DNA from: Lama guanicoe
Lineage: Eukaryota
NCBI GenBank assembly: GCA_013239625.1
Contig: MU053911.1
Coordinates: 486,132 to 550,131 of the forward strand
Direction: 5' to 3'
Length of the DNA: 64,000 nucleotides
The notes beneath the pieces were generated by a model that ran no database searches, was not told the DNA's origin, and saw only the letters and a list, made by a program, of their open reading frames with translations. Shown here in pieces: positions 13,270-25,099 of the stretch; the first letter of the stretch is position 1, and the number at the start of each line of letters is the position of its first letter. The position numbers and the translations under genes are program-made.

Positions 13270-14412
13270 GAAATGAAAAGGCAACCTATAGAATGGGGAA
13301 AATATCTGGAAATCATCTATCTGATAAGGGGTTAACATCCAAGCTGTAGAAAGAACTCATACAACTTAATGGAAAACAAACAAACGATCTGATTTAAAAA
13401 AGACAGAGGAGATGAATAGACGTTTTCCAAAGAAGAAATCCAGAAAGCCACCAGGTACATGAAAATGTATTCGGCATCACTGATCATCAAGGAAACGCAG
13501 GTTGAAACCACAATGAGGTGTCACCTCACACCGGTTAGAAGGGTCATCATTAAAAGACAAGAGGTAACAAGTGTTGGCAAGGATATGGAGAAAAGGGAAT
13601 CCCCCCCTGCATTGTTGGGGGAATGAAAATTGATAAAACCACTATGAAAAATTGTACGGAAATTCCTCAAAAAAAAAAAAAAACTACCATGTGAGCGAGC
13701 ATTTCTGCTTCTAGGTATTTATCTGAAGGAAATGAAATCAGCATCTCAAAAAGATACCTGCACTCTGCTCATCGCAGTGTTAGTTACAACAGCCAGGACG
13801 TGAAAACGGCCTGAATATGCATCCATGGATGAACGGTACAGGTGTGGTGTGTATAAAGCATCATGGTAGCAACAATAACAGTAATTGTGTGTAAAATGAT
13901 ACACCATGGAACACCAGCAGCCAGTAAAAAGAAGGGAATCCTGCCTTCTTCAGCCACGTGGACGGACCTGGAGGACATTTGGTTAGAGGAGTAAGTCAGA
14001 TGGAGAAGGCAGATGTTGTGTGGTCTCACTTACATGTGAAATCTAAAAAACAAAAACGAACAAAACTCCGACGCAGAGATCAGGTTGGTGGTTGCAGGAG
14101 GTGGACAAAATGGGTAAAGAAGGTCAGAAAGCACAGAAGTCTAGTTTTAAGATAAACAGGCGTGGGGGACAGTGTCGAGCATGGAGACTACAGTTAGCAA
14201 GAGTGTGTTGTATATTTGAAAGATGCTGAGAGAATAAATCTTTAAAGTTCTCATCACAAGAAAAAATTGTAACTCCGTGTGATGGTGGCGATCGGTTCAC
14301 GGTGTATATATACACTACATGCGAATACCAAATTGTTACGTTGTACACCTGAAACTCATACAATGTCATATGTCAATAAATCTCAATTAAGAAAAAAAGA
14401 AAAGAAAGGAAA
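13270..14412 (+). mobile_element. L1MA-type (L1MA9-like) ORF2 end + 3' UTR + A-rich tail
   Basis: aaatgaaaaggcaacctatagaatggg...ccacaatgaggtgtcacctcacac...aagttctcatcacaagaaaaaattgtaact...ttgtacacctgaaactcataca...aagaaaaaaagaaaag. Confidence 0.9.
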
Positions 14413-14439
14413 AGCCTGCGAAACCCTGAGGTGGGAGAG

Positions 14440-14785
14440 AGGACGTCGGGCGGCAAGAGGCACGGACAGGAGCAGCCGGGACCAGCCGCGCCGCGGGCGG
14501 GCCGGGCAGGCAGGGGGCCGAGGAGCCCCGAAGGACCGCCGAGGACGCGGGAGCAGCCGGAGGAGGCCGCTCCTCGGCCGGGAAGCGTGTTCTTTCCCAA
14601 AGGCCAGCAAGAAAAGGCCAGCTTCTAGAAGCTTCCCAGTGTCCACCTCCTTTTCGAGAGTGAGAAGCACCCACGCAAAAGCGCGGCGCTCACCGCGCGG
14701 CCCTCCCGTCCGGAGCCCGCGCAGCCTGGAGGGGGCGCGGCGGGTGCCCGCGGCCGGCAGCACCAAGGCCGAGCTGTGACCGCTC
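14440..14785. promoter_or_regulatory. Small CpG-island-like patch with CTCF-like motif
   Basis: Dense CpG/GC run (ccgcgccgcgggcgggccggg, gcgcggcgctcaccgcgcgg); CCTGGAGGGGGCGC at 14725-14738 resembles the CTCF core. Function not demonstrated. Confidence 0.4.
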
Positions 14786-17700
14786 ACACTAAAACAAGTT
14801 CTCTTCTGTCCTTGCAGCCATGTTACAATGTGTTAACGTGTGAGCGAGGATTGTAAAGCAATGCGAAAATGAAAATAGATGTATTTTATGAGTGAATTTC
14901 CTCCCTAAAGTTTTACCTAACAGTGATAACCCAGCTAAACGATGGCTCATTTCTGCTGACATATAGGAACTAGAAATAAGCAAAAACAAAAACCTAACTA
15001 CATAAAAACAACCAAAAAAGAGACATTCCAATAACTTGAAATGTTTCCACAGCTGCCAATAACATACCGTTCCTTCACAAAATCCCCTTTTCTCAAGTGC
15101 AGGGCGGTGGCCTCAGGAACAATTAGGGAGTATGTGTCTTTGAGCTGGATAATTAAATGCCAGGAAAACTCACAAGTTGATATGTAATTCACTCACCATC
15201 TTGTTGTTTGAAGGGGCCAGTGTTCCTATGTAGGATGGATTGAATTCCTAACAACATCTGGCGTGAGCAGGGGACGTGGCCTCACCATAATAGCATTACA
15301 TTCATGGTCGGAATGACAGCGGAATGGATGGATGGAACTTGTCTGTGACGGGGCAGATTCATGACTGCAGCATAATGAATCAGAATGCCACAGCCTCCGG
15401 TCGCATACACCCTGGCCTGTTGCTCCTTACAAGCTCTATCAGGGGACCGGGAGTAAATTCCCGTTGTCAGATCTAATGGGGAAAGGTTCTGGCTTCTGAC
15501 TGACTGGGAAAGCAAAGTAGAATTTCCATTCCAATAATCTGGATCAAAACACTTCCCGATCGCCGTGGTCAATTTATCCTGTCACTTAATTAAACCCAAG
15601 CATTACAAATCGTGTAGTAAGCAAAGGAAAGACGGCCTCTTCAACCTTGAAAACCAGTCCTTAGGACGAGTATCTTGTTGAGTCAGTTGAGTTCTAGGAC
15701 ACGCAGGACAGGAGGGTTTCTCTAGGGCTTTTTCATGGGTTAGATAGGGATTAAAGCAAACGGCAAACAAAGGCACAAGTAAGAGCTGCAAGAGAAATTG
15801 AAATGCAAGAGCAAAGTCACACCAAGTGATAAAAAGCAAAATTCCCACCAAAGAAGCTCAAGATCCAAGTTCTGTGAGGGCGAGAGCAAAACAGCTCTCA
15901 TTAGTCACACTCTTCCTTAAGTTTGCAAAGTTAGCTGTGTATTTTCTGAGTTGAAGGCCCGTTGGATGTGGGGAAGAATGGTGCTAATCAATTTTTCACA
16001 AGTTGGAAAATGTGTTCATTTTTCAGAGCTTTGCTTTCCTTTGCTTCAGTAAGCGGCAGCTTCAGCAAGGCCCGGAGTGACTGAAAGGAGCACCCCAAGC
16101 ACGATGTGCCCGCTGTTGACGGCTGCTCACTGGGCGTCGGTGCACCCAGAACCAGGATGTGTTCAAGGAGGGGAAGTGTCTTTGTCACCCACACACTGTC
16201 ACGGCTCAGGCTGCCCTATGTTCTGTGCACTTCGTGGCGAGAATTACAGCTGAGCTCATGTGTGCAAACACCTGTATGTGTGTGCTGCTAGTGTGCACCG
16301 AGTGAGCAGTTCCAGACTGTCTCGCACGTTTCATTCTTTCCCAGTTTTGAAGACATGATGAGATGTCTCAAGAGAGTAGCTGTTTCCTGATGAAACGTGT
16401 TTATTAAGGAAATGTGCACAAACTCTAGGGGGAGGCGGATGGCTCACTGTCAAGGGGACTAGCAGATGAGAATGCCTGGCGCAGAGCACACCGTGCACTC
16501 TGTATTTTTTAAAAGACTGAAACTATGATTTGGGTATTTTTCAGGTTAATTTGCAACAGTCCCACTAGGAAGAAACCATTCAGGATGTATAACACAAATT
16601 GTTACACCATTGAAAAAATGAACATGAGGGCTTTGGCGTCCTACAAGTTGGTCCAAAATAAATGTTTTGGAAAAATCCTCAAAGAGAGAGAGGAGGCAGA
16701 GGGCGAGGGGGAGAGAGCCTCTACTGAATCTTTCCCAATGAGTTAAAAATTAAGTAGATTCAATAAGTGCTTGTGAAAAATAATGGCTACAGGTGTAAAA
16801 ACTGCAAAAGTATTCCTTGATTCAGTAAACCTAGAGCATTTTAAAGCTTTTTAAAACATTCAATAGCTAATAACATTTGGGAGAGATTTTACAACTAATG
16901 ACATAAATTATACACTCTTTTATTGAGATTTTCTGCAAAGGTTTTCATCCACCAGGACTCAGTACTTTGATCGATCTTTAGTGACTGCACACTGTCAGGT
17001 TGCAGAGCTGGGTATTCAACTGCAGACTCCACACTCTGGTGTAGGCGCTCTGGGTGAGAGGGAAATGCTGTCTTGCGTGTGTGCACAGTTTTAAGATGAA
17101 AGGGTGAAGGTGATTGAAGGAGACACATTTACATTGTTTTAAAATTTAACTATTTGTACATAATTCATGTACGTGCAGCAAGGGACAGTGATTTCTAGAT
17201 CCAGGAAGCCCCGTATTATTATGTGTAGGTGGACAAAACGGCTTGTTCTTTTCAGGAAAATAGCTACTTTCTGGGTAGGTACCACACTGGCCCCTCAGAG
17301 GCTGTAAGAACCCACCAACACAGCTTTTATGTGATTATGTCGTCTGCTGCCAGGCAATCTTTTTAGCAAATATTTAAAACCTTTACTTAGAAAATACCAC
17401 TTGCTTTGGGAAAAAATAAACCAAACATGAATGAATATTAAAATATAAACAGTTTAAAGTTAGTTACATTTTTAAAAAACAGAAACAACCATCAGGGGCC
17501 TAATTATGTCTGTCCATGAAGCCTTTCTCTGAAAAGATTTAGGGAAGCGGGGACCTGTCTGCAAGAAGGGGCTCAGGGGCTCTTCTCCCACGTTTGTCGT
17601 GGGTCAGAGGCCCCTCTTGCTTCCCAGACACAGCTCTGTGTTCATGCAGAGCCGTCAGCTGGGCCACATTCATTCAAAAGATATGCGTTTTTAACTTGGT

Positions 17701-17999
17701 ATTTTGCAGTAAACATGGCCCAAAGGATACACAGGATAATGGACTTTTCATGCAGAAATTCTGAACCATGGGAGCACAGATGCAGAGACATAAAGGGGGG
17801 AAGGGGCACCTCGGAGTCGAGGGACATGAGTTCGTCCCTTTTAGTCTAAATTTCTCTGACGCAGATTTTCAAAGAACCAAATTTCAATATAACTGTATGT
17901 GCAATGTTAAAAAGCACACAGTATCAAGTCACTGAACACTAAAAATGAATGATTTTTTAAAAGAGGTAATTTCAGTGTTTTCAGTCTAACGTTATCATT

Positions 18000-18205
18000 T
18001 GTTAAAGAAAACAAGTTCTGACCCTTGTTGGGACAGTAAGTCTCCTTACTCAGAGCTGGGGTGGCAGACGGTCACAGGAGGAGAAGAGACCAGGCCCAGC
18101 TCCACACACGCCAGGGGCAAGTGGGGCTTCGCAGCCAAGCGGCCGGCAGAGGGGTCGGCGGGTAGACAAGCGCTAGGAGGGGACAGCAGGCCCGGGCGGC
18201 AAGCC
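18000..18205 (-). mobile_element. 3' part of an ERV1 LTR (MER31/MER67 group)
   Basis: Reverse complement reads ...cttggctgcgaagccccacttgcccctggcgtgtgtggagctgggcctggtctcttctcc...cttactgtcccaacaagggtcagaacttgttttctttaaca, matching the recalled MER31-type end ...ttttctttaaca. Confidence 0.6.
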
Positions 18206-18496
18206 TGTGTGACATACGTAACATAGATACACACGTGACATGGACATATATGCGAGATAGATGCATACGTGACGCACACGTGACATAGGTGCACACACGC
18301 AACACAGACATGCGACACAAACGCGACACAGGCACATGTGTGACAAAGACACACAGGACACAGGCATACACGCGGCACACACGACACAGACACGCACGTG
18401 ACATGGGTACATACGTGGCGTGGGTACTCGTGTGACATGGATAATATGTAACGTAGATACCTGCGTGATGTAGACACACATGTGATGTGTCCACGT
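18206..18496. repeat. Degenerate ~16-18 bp CA/TG-rich minisatellite
   Basis: Recurring (c/t)acgtgaca(t/c)ag(a/g) variants; CACGTGAC at 18232, 18277 and 18395. Confidence 0.75.
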
Positions 18497-18749
18497 AAAT
18501 TCCATTCATGTTTTCTTCTATTTAGTATTTTTAAAGGTGACTTGTGATGTTGTTTGATAAGATACGTTTATGACAATCATGGACCATACTGGGCCTGTGG
18601 AGTTGTATGGATGCTAAAGGAAACACATGGGACAGAGCATCTCCATTTGAAATCACAGCCTCGTTGTTTCAAATCTCTCCATTCATGGGTCTAATATTCT
18701 AGGTAAGCACTCGACGGCAAGTTCGTAGATGAATAGAACAAATGTCAAT

Positions 18750-19202
18750 ACTTCTCAGTCTGGAACGTGACAGAGGGTCTGGTTAAAGACACGAGTGCTG
18801 AGGACCCCCGGGGGGAGTCCGCCGTGCACCCCCTGGGCTGGCTGCCCAGGGCAGGGGGTGCAGGTGCACAAGTCCCCGGGGGAGGACAGTCAGTCTGAAG
18901 GTCAGAGTCTCCTGTGTATCTCAGTCGTAATTAACGGGGGGCAAGTGTTCCAAGGTCAAGTTGGAGAGGCGGCCGATCTTGTAGACCTCGTGGGCCCTGC
19001 TGAGAACTTTTAGTGCACAGAACGAAGGAGCAGAGGGATGAACTTAGCCCTTGGGTGACACGCTGTTTATGAGCCCGGTGAACAGAGAGGCTCCTAAAGC
19101 AAAACAGAAAGGAGTTGAGCCACAGAGGGAAGCTGGAAGGTGCCAAAGGAAAGTGTTTGCAGCTGATCTGGTGTATCAGATACCCCCGAGAAGTCAACTA
19201 CA
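18750..19202 (-). mobile_element. Probable ERV1 LTR segment (possibly the 5' part of the 18000 element)
   Basis: Reverse complement starts TGTAG..., with LTR-like pyrimidine-rich U3 phrasing. No matching TSD found with the 18000 end. Confidence 0.35.
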
Positions 19203-19265
19203 ATAAGCCCATAAGGTTGTTCATTGGCCCTGGAAACGTGAAAACGAGCAGAGATTTGAGACTAT

Positions 19266-19619
19266 TGCATTAGTTTGTCAGAGCAAAGCACCACAGGGCG
19301 GATGGCTGACGCGACACTTATGTTCCCACAGGTCTAGAGGCCGAAAGTCCAAGGGGAGGTGTGGGCGGGGCTGGTTTCTCCCAGTGTCCATGCCCGGCCT
19401 CTTCTCTGGGCCCCCGCACTCCCCTGTCTCTCCACATGTCCTGATCTCCTTTTCTTAGAGGGACACAGGAAGACGGGGTTAGAGTCCATCTTATCAGCCT
19501 CATTGTGACTCACTGACCTCTTTACCTTGGCCCTTGCTCCAAATACACTCACGTCGAAGATGCTGGGGTTTAGTGCTTCAGCACACAGATTTTAGGGGAA
19601 CACAATTCAGTCCGTAACA
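19266..19619 (-). mobile_element. MaLR solo LTR, MLT1B-like
   Basis: TG...CA termini; reverse complement starts tgttacggactgaattgtgttcccctaaaatc. Flanks actat/cctat give a 4/5-match 5-bp TSD. Confidence 0.85.
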
Positions 19620-19625
19620 CCTATA

Positions 19626-20240
19626 TCATCGATTCTCAGTATTCAGATTCCATGTTCATTAACTCACCAACTTGCAAAAGTCTGCACCTAACCCCAAAGC
19701 CAATCGTCACTGCGCCGTCCCGGCCATTCGTGTCCAAGCGCAGAGCAGGGAAAACTCGGCTCTCCCGAGGTTTGTGCGCCCTGCTGGTTCCAGCAAGGTG
19801 ACGTGGCCTTCCTGTCTCAGCTTTCACACTGGAAACAAGCGTCCTTTCCTGGGTCTCTGCAGTGCCACTGCGTTCGTGCGTCTTGCGGGTGATTTTGCTG
19901 CTTAAAGCGGCCCCGCCCGAAGTGCCGAGGGCGCTGGCTGTGCTCCCGAGTGCGAGGCTGCGACGCGCCTCCCAGAGAAAAGATGTGCCTTAGACGAAGC
20001 ACGCGAGCCCTGAGTTACAGTGTGCTTGGCCATCATCTCAACGTTAGTAAATCAACAATGTATATTAAGTGGGGTGTCTTCAAATGAAAACACAATAGAA
20101 CAAGATTCTGCAGTGGTCAGTTGACGGAGTGTCATGGCCAGAGGCTCCAGATGCCCAGCTCGGCACCTCCCGGTTCACCATCACCGTGTTGGTGGCGATT
20201 TCCTGGAACCACTGTAACTGCGGCACACAAGCCCAACGTG
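19626..20240 (+). mobile_element. MER82-like non-autonomous TcMar-Tigger DNA transposon
   Basis: Colinear with recalled MER82 consensus: attctcagtattcagattcc, cgcagagcagggaaaa, ctcagctttcacactggaaacaagcgtcc, aatcaacaatgtatattaag, gtcatggccagaggctc. Confidence 0.8.
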
Positions 20241-23200
20241 CCCGCTGCGGGGAGCTGCTGACAGCGCGGGAGAGTGGAGGTCTCAGGGCTCTGGAGGGTC
20301 GTCAGAGGGGAAGCCAGCAGGGCCGGAGCGCCGCTGGAGGATGCAGATTTGGCCGCGAGGCTGCCCACCGTCTGCACGAGACAGAGGCTGCAGCCACAGC
20401 CAGCTGCCAGGGCAGTGAAGGCACTGTCGCCTTGGGACCTCCACAGGCCCTGGGATTTTGTCCTCCTGGGCTCCATGAAAGATGTTCAAAAATTATCTTT
20501 GATATAAAGGTGAATGTACTAATATTATACACTGAAACATCTTCTGCAACCTACAAGTTCTCTTTTTTCCTTCTGATTTTAAAAGAAATTGAAACATTTT
20601 AGTGGGTTTCTCAACATGTTGAGTTGAGGGCTTCTGGTCACAGCACCGTATAGGGAAGCCGGCCCTATTTGTAGCAGAGGAACCCGATACAATCCTTGCT
20701 CAGTTGGTTCAGTTTTCTCAGTGAGGTAGCAAACTCTACCGACTGCAGAGAATGAGACGCTTTGTGGACAGAAAAGGGACTCATTTAAGTTGAAATTTAG
20801 AAATGCCAGAAGGAGCTTCCAAGCCAGCATCCCAGCGAAAACCCCACATGGAGGATCTCGGTCTCCATGATTACTGGATTTTTCTTAGCAGCCTTGAGTT
20901 GTGAGTGGAAAAGAGAATTAACCTTCTTAGAGTTTGCTGAGATTTTGTGCATAAAAATTCACGATGTCAGATCAATGGGGAGACAGTGAGTGGGGACCTG
21001 GGGAGCTGGGAGAGTGAGGAGGCAGCAGAGACAGTGTGAGCCCCGCGGTCTGTGGCAAAATGGAGCTCGTGGTTGTCTGGGAGCTGTACTTCCCTGTTCT
21101 GTGTGTTAGAGAAGGTTTTGGAGCAACTGAACAGTAGCTTGTTGGGAATAATAACGTGAGTGAACTGAACCACGGTGCTGTGCACTGAAACTGACACAAC
21201 ATGTAACCGGCTGTGCTTCATGAAAGGAAGGGAGGAAGGCAGGCAGGAAGGAAGTGAATGGGCTGTCGGAGGGGAACCACGGTGAGCCTGCAAGTGTGAG
21301 CTGTCAGTGTGGAGAGGCTCCGGATCGCATGAAGCGTGGGGAGCAGGTGGACGTCATGCAGTGGTAGGTGGGCTGTCCACGGAGAGCTGGGGTGGCTGTC
21401 CCAGGGAGCTGGAGGACAGCAGTGTCAGGCTGAAGGGACGGCCCTGAGCCAGGGATGAGGAAGAAAAGGCCCCAAAGTAGGGGGAAGGCAAGGAAAGTGC
21501 CTGCTGCGCCAGACAAAAATGCAGGCGCTTGTTTCATTTGTTCTTTTCTTCTCCCTGTATTTTGTCCAAGCTTACTAGTAAATGACTGAGTGGGGGCAAA
21601 TACAAGCAAGAAAAGTGACAGCTCTGTGTCTTATCCTTGGTCTCGTTGTTTGGAGAGGAAGATGGTAGGCAACTTACACTGGCCAGGGCTGCAGGGAAGA
21701 ACATGTTCCCTTGGAATAACCGGGTTTCTGCCAAGACTAGAAGGAGAGAGAGGATGTAATAAAAAGTAAGAATAGAGAGCAAATGGCTGCAGTGGGAAAG
21801 GTATTCAGGTGAAAGTCTTGGTGGGACTTAAGCAGAGGAAGGATGAGTCTGGGGGAGACCACTCCGGCAAAGTCGAGTAGGACCGTGAAAGAGGCTGTAT
21901 TCCTGGTTTGCGCTTTTGGTGGCTGTCAGGGGCAAAGGCAGAGAGAAGAGCTGTGCATTTTCATTATGGCTGAAAACTGTGCCATGAAGAAACCTCTCTG
22001 CCCACAAAGACAAACCTACTGTGTGATGTTGAGTCATCAGTTTTTGTAACTGTACAAATTTTATTTTCCCCAGCAAAGCTTGGGTTTGTTCATTCCTAGG
22101 TCAAAATATAAGAGGCCCCAGTCTCGCTGCCCCAGGAAGCGCAGACAGATCTGGAGAGCACCTGTCTGGACGCTGGGCGTGTTCACAAAGCACCGTTGTC
22201 TGCACTTGACGGCAGGCGTGTGATGGGCTGTTCTTTAGTGAGTCAGTCTGAGGATCTCTCTACCATTTAATGTTGCTTCTATTGAAAAATTGATTAAAAG
22301 TTCAAATTACATGATTTTATAAGTAAATTTTCAGAAGCTAACTCATTAATAAGCTGAGGACATACTGTACCAAGATTGGTGGTACTGGTTGTAAAAAAAA
22401 AAAAAAAGAACCACATGAAACCAGAGAAGTCAATATCGGTGCGTGTTTCTGGGAACCACTCAGCAGATTATATCCTTGTTTCTGTGGTATCAGAAACTTC
22501 CTGTGGAATTACCTTTTCTTGGGTGGTTTGAGAGGGATTTAACGCACGATTTAAGCAGTGGTTAATTGCTTTTCTTGGCATGAGGTGCTTCAGCAATAAT
22601 CCCAGTGTGCGTGGATAGTTTATCCTTTCAAATTTGTCATCTCTTGATTTTCTCCAAAATAATTTCTTATTTATCAGTAATTATGCGACCTTCCCTGCCC
22701 ATGAGGCACTTATTTTACTTACATAGATGGAACAGAGCAGGATTACATGGCCATCCATCCATCTGTGTAATTTTATGGTAACAGAAAATCCCCTGAAGTC
22801 AGCAAATATCTCCTCCCCAGTTCATAGCAGTGCTTGAAATTCCATTATCAGAGATATATTGCTTACGTTCATTACTGCTTAAGCTTAACTTAAAATTGAT
22901 TTATATGGTATTAAATATTCTGATAAATAGCACAGAACAGTACAGTTCAAGGTAGGGCAAGTGGTCACAATGATAAAATCCGCTGGGGCAGTGGATCTCA
23001 AGGGTTGCTTCTCAGTGTAATTCCTGGACATGTTTCAATGGCTCTACAAATGTCAGACTTCAGATTTTTATAATTTTTATAGTGCAATTGGTTTTATAAA
23101 ACTCACTTTCCAATTGTGCAGCATGGGGCCTAATACCCCAAGGTCTGTGCATGTCAGTCTGGAAGAATAAAACAAAATGGATTTGTTTTTAATGATTTGC

Positions 23201-23332
23201 TTAACCTCATATCCTCAGCCATTTTCCTTCTTCCCTGGTGTCTGCTTCTGCAGGGAATTCAGGCAACAGAGAAGGGAGCGGCACTGCCCAGTGGTTCTCT
23301 TCACTCCCTGTTAAAAAAAAAAAACTTTTCTA

Positions 23333-24362
23333 TTCTGCCCATTGGAGAGTTGCTTGTTTAGGTCTCATGCAACTTAACAACAAAAAAGCAAACAACCCCA
23401 TCTAAAAATGGGCAGAAGACCTAAACAAGCAATTTTCCAGTGAAGACATGCAAATGGCCAACAGGCACATAAGAAAATGCTCAGTATTGCTAATTATCAG
23501 GAGAATGAAAATCAAAACTACAATGAGGTGTCACCTCACACCAATCAGAATGGCCATCCTTCAAAAGTCCACAAACGATATATGCTGGAGAGGCTGTGGA
23601 GAAAAGGGGACCCTCCTACACTGCTGGTGGGAATGCAGTTTGGTGCATACCTTATGGAAAACAGTATGGAGATTCCTCAAAAAACTAAAAATAGACTTAT
23701 CATCTGATCCAGCAATCCCACTCCTGGGCATATATCTGGAGGGAATTCTAATTTGAAAAGCTACATGCACCCCAATGTTCATAGCAGCATTATTTACGAT
23801 AGCCAAGACATAGAAGCAACCTAAATGTCCATCAGTAGATGACTGGATAAAGAAGCTGTGGTATATTTATATAATGGAATACTACTCAGCCATAAAAAGA
23901 ATAAAATAATGACATTTGTAGCAACATGAATGGACTTGGAGATCGTCATTCTAAGTGAAGTAAGCCAGAAAGAGAAAGAAAAATACCATATGATATCACT
24001 TATATGTGGAATCTAAAAAAAAACAAAAAGAAAAAGAAAAAAGAGGACACTAGTGAACTCATCTACAAAACTGAAACAGACTCACAGGCCTAGTAAACAA
24101 ACTTGCGGTTACCGGGGTAAGGGATGGGAGGGGATAAATTTGGGAGTTTCAGATTTACAGATGTCTGCCACTATATATAAAAATAGATAAAAAACAAATT
24201 TCTTCTGTATAGCACAGGGAACTATATTCAACAACTTATAATAACTTTAATGAAAAAGAATATGAAAACAAATGTGTATGTATATGCATGACTGAGACAT
24301 TATGCTGTACACCAGAAATTGGCACATTATAACTGACCGTACTTCAATTTAAAAAAAAAAAT
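23333..24362 (+). mobile_element. Young 5'-truncated L1 with a short inverted 5' segment
   Basis: ORF 23448-23756 is the L1 ORF2p C-terminal region (HCWWEC...[26 protein letters not shown]). 3' UTR and poly-A end near 24362. 23333-23365 is antisense L1 sequence. Confidence 0.95.
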
Positions 24363-24384
24363 AAAACAATTTCACATAAAAAAA

Positions 24385-24532
24385 GTTACAAGGATGTAAT
24401 GTGCAGCACAGGGAATATAGTCAACATTTTATAATAACTTTGTGTGGAGCATAACCTACAAAATATTGAATTACTCTGTTGTACACCTGAAACTAATATA
24501 ATACTGTAAGTCAACTATACTTCAATAAAAAA
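24385..24532 (+). mobile_element. Older L1 3'-end fragment
   Basis: gttacaaggatgtaatgtgcagcacagggaatatagtcaac...tgtacacctgaaactaatataatactgtaagtcaactatacttcaataaaaa. Confidence 0.85.
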
Positions 24533-25099
24533 TGTGTCAGGAAAAAGACAAACAGAATGGACTTCGGCAGACACAGCTGCCGTGGGAGTCAAAGGAGTGA
24601 ACAGGATTTCTACCCAGAAGGCTTTAGATTTCCCAGCAGAGGAAAAATGTGCTGGAACTCAAGTGTACGGAAGAGGAGGCAGGTGGAAGAGCCGTGGATG
24701 CCCCGAAACACAGCCGGATGCGTTGACATGTGTGTTGGCAACAGACCTGAAACAGAATTCTGTGTCTTTATGTTTACTTTGTCGAACTTACAAATGTTTT
24801 GCTAATAATTTAAATCATAGAAAGTGCAACACTTTGTAGACCCATCTCGTATTTCTTGAAACCGATTTCAGCTGATGACTGGGTGATTACTTTGTCCGGA
24901 TTCTTCCTTGCCTTTTCCTGGATTCTCTCCTCAGCTTCCAATTTACCAGTACTTCCTGAAAATTAGACCCTGAGTCTCTGCTCCAAGGTGACTCCTTTCT
25001 ATATCCTCCTCCTCGAAACTCATCTATAGTTTCAGCTTCACAGCTCATTCCCATGTGACCTCTAACTGTGTGCCTGCAGCTCATACTTACTTCCCCCTA

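Noticed and set aside
14279..14787. Overlapping Arg/Gly/Pro-rich ORFs up to 166 aa
   Set aside because: The longest starts in an L1 3' UTR and all run through a GC-rich patch depleted of stops on both strands; no recognisable domain.
15191..15203. Minus-strand AAGATG|GTGAGT resembling a first-exon ATG plus donor
   Set aside because: No promoter-like or CpG context upstream on that strand and no identifiable downstream coding exons.
18046..18509. Three Cys/Val-rich ORFs on the minus strand
   Set aside because: They arise from the RY minisatellite and LTR remnant; compositional artefact.
23448..23756. ORF with clear protein similarity
   Set aside because: It is the C-terminal remnant of L1 ORF2p in a 5'-truncated element, not a host gene.
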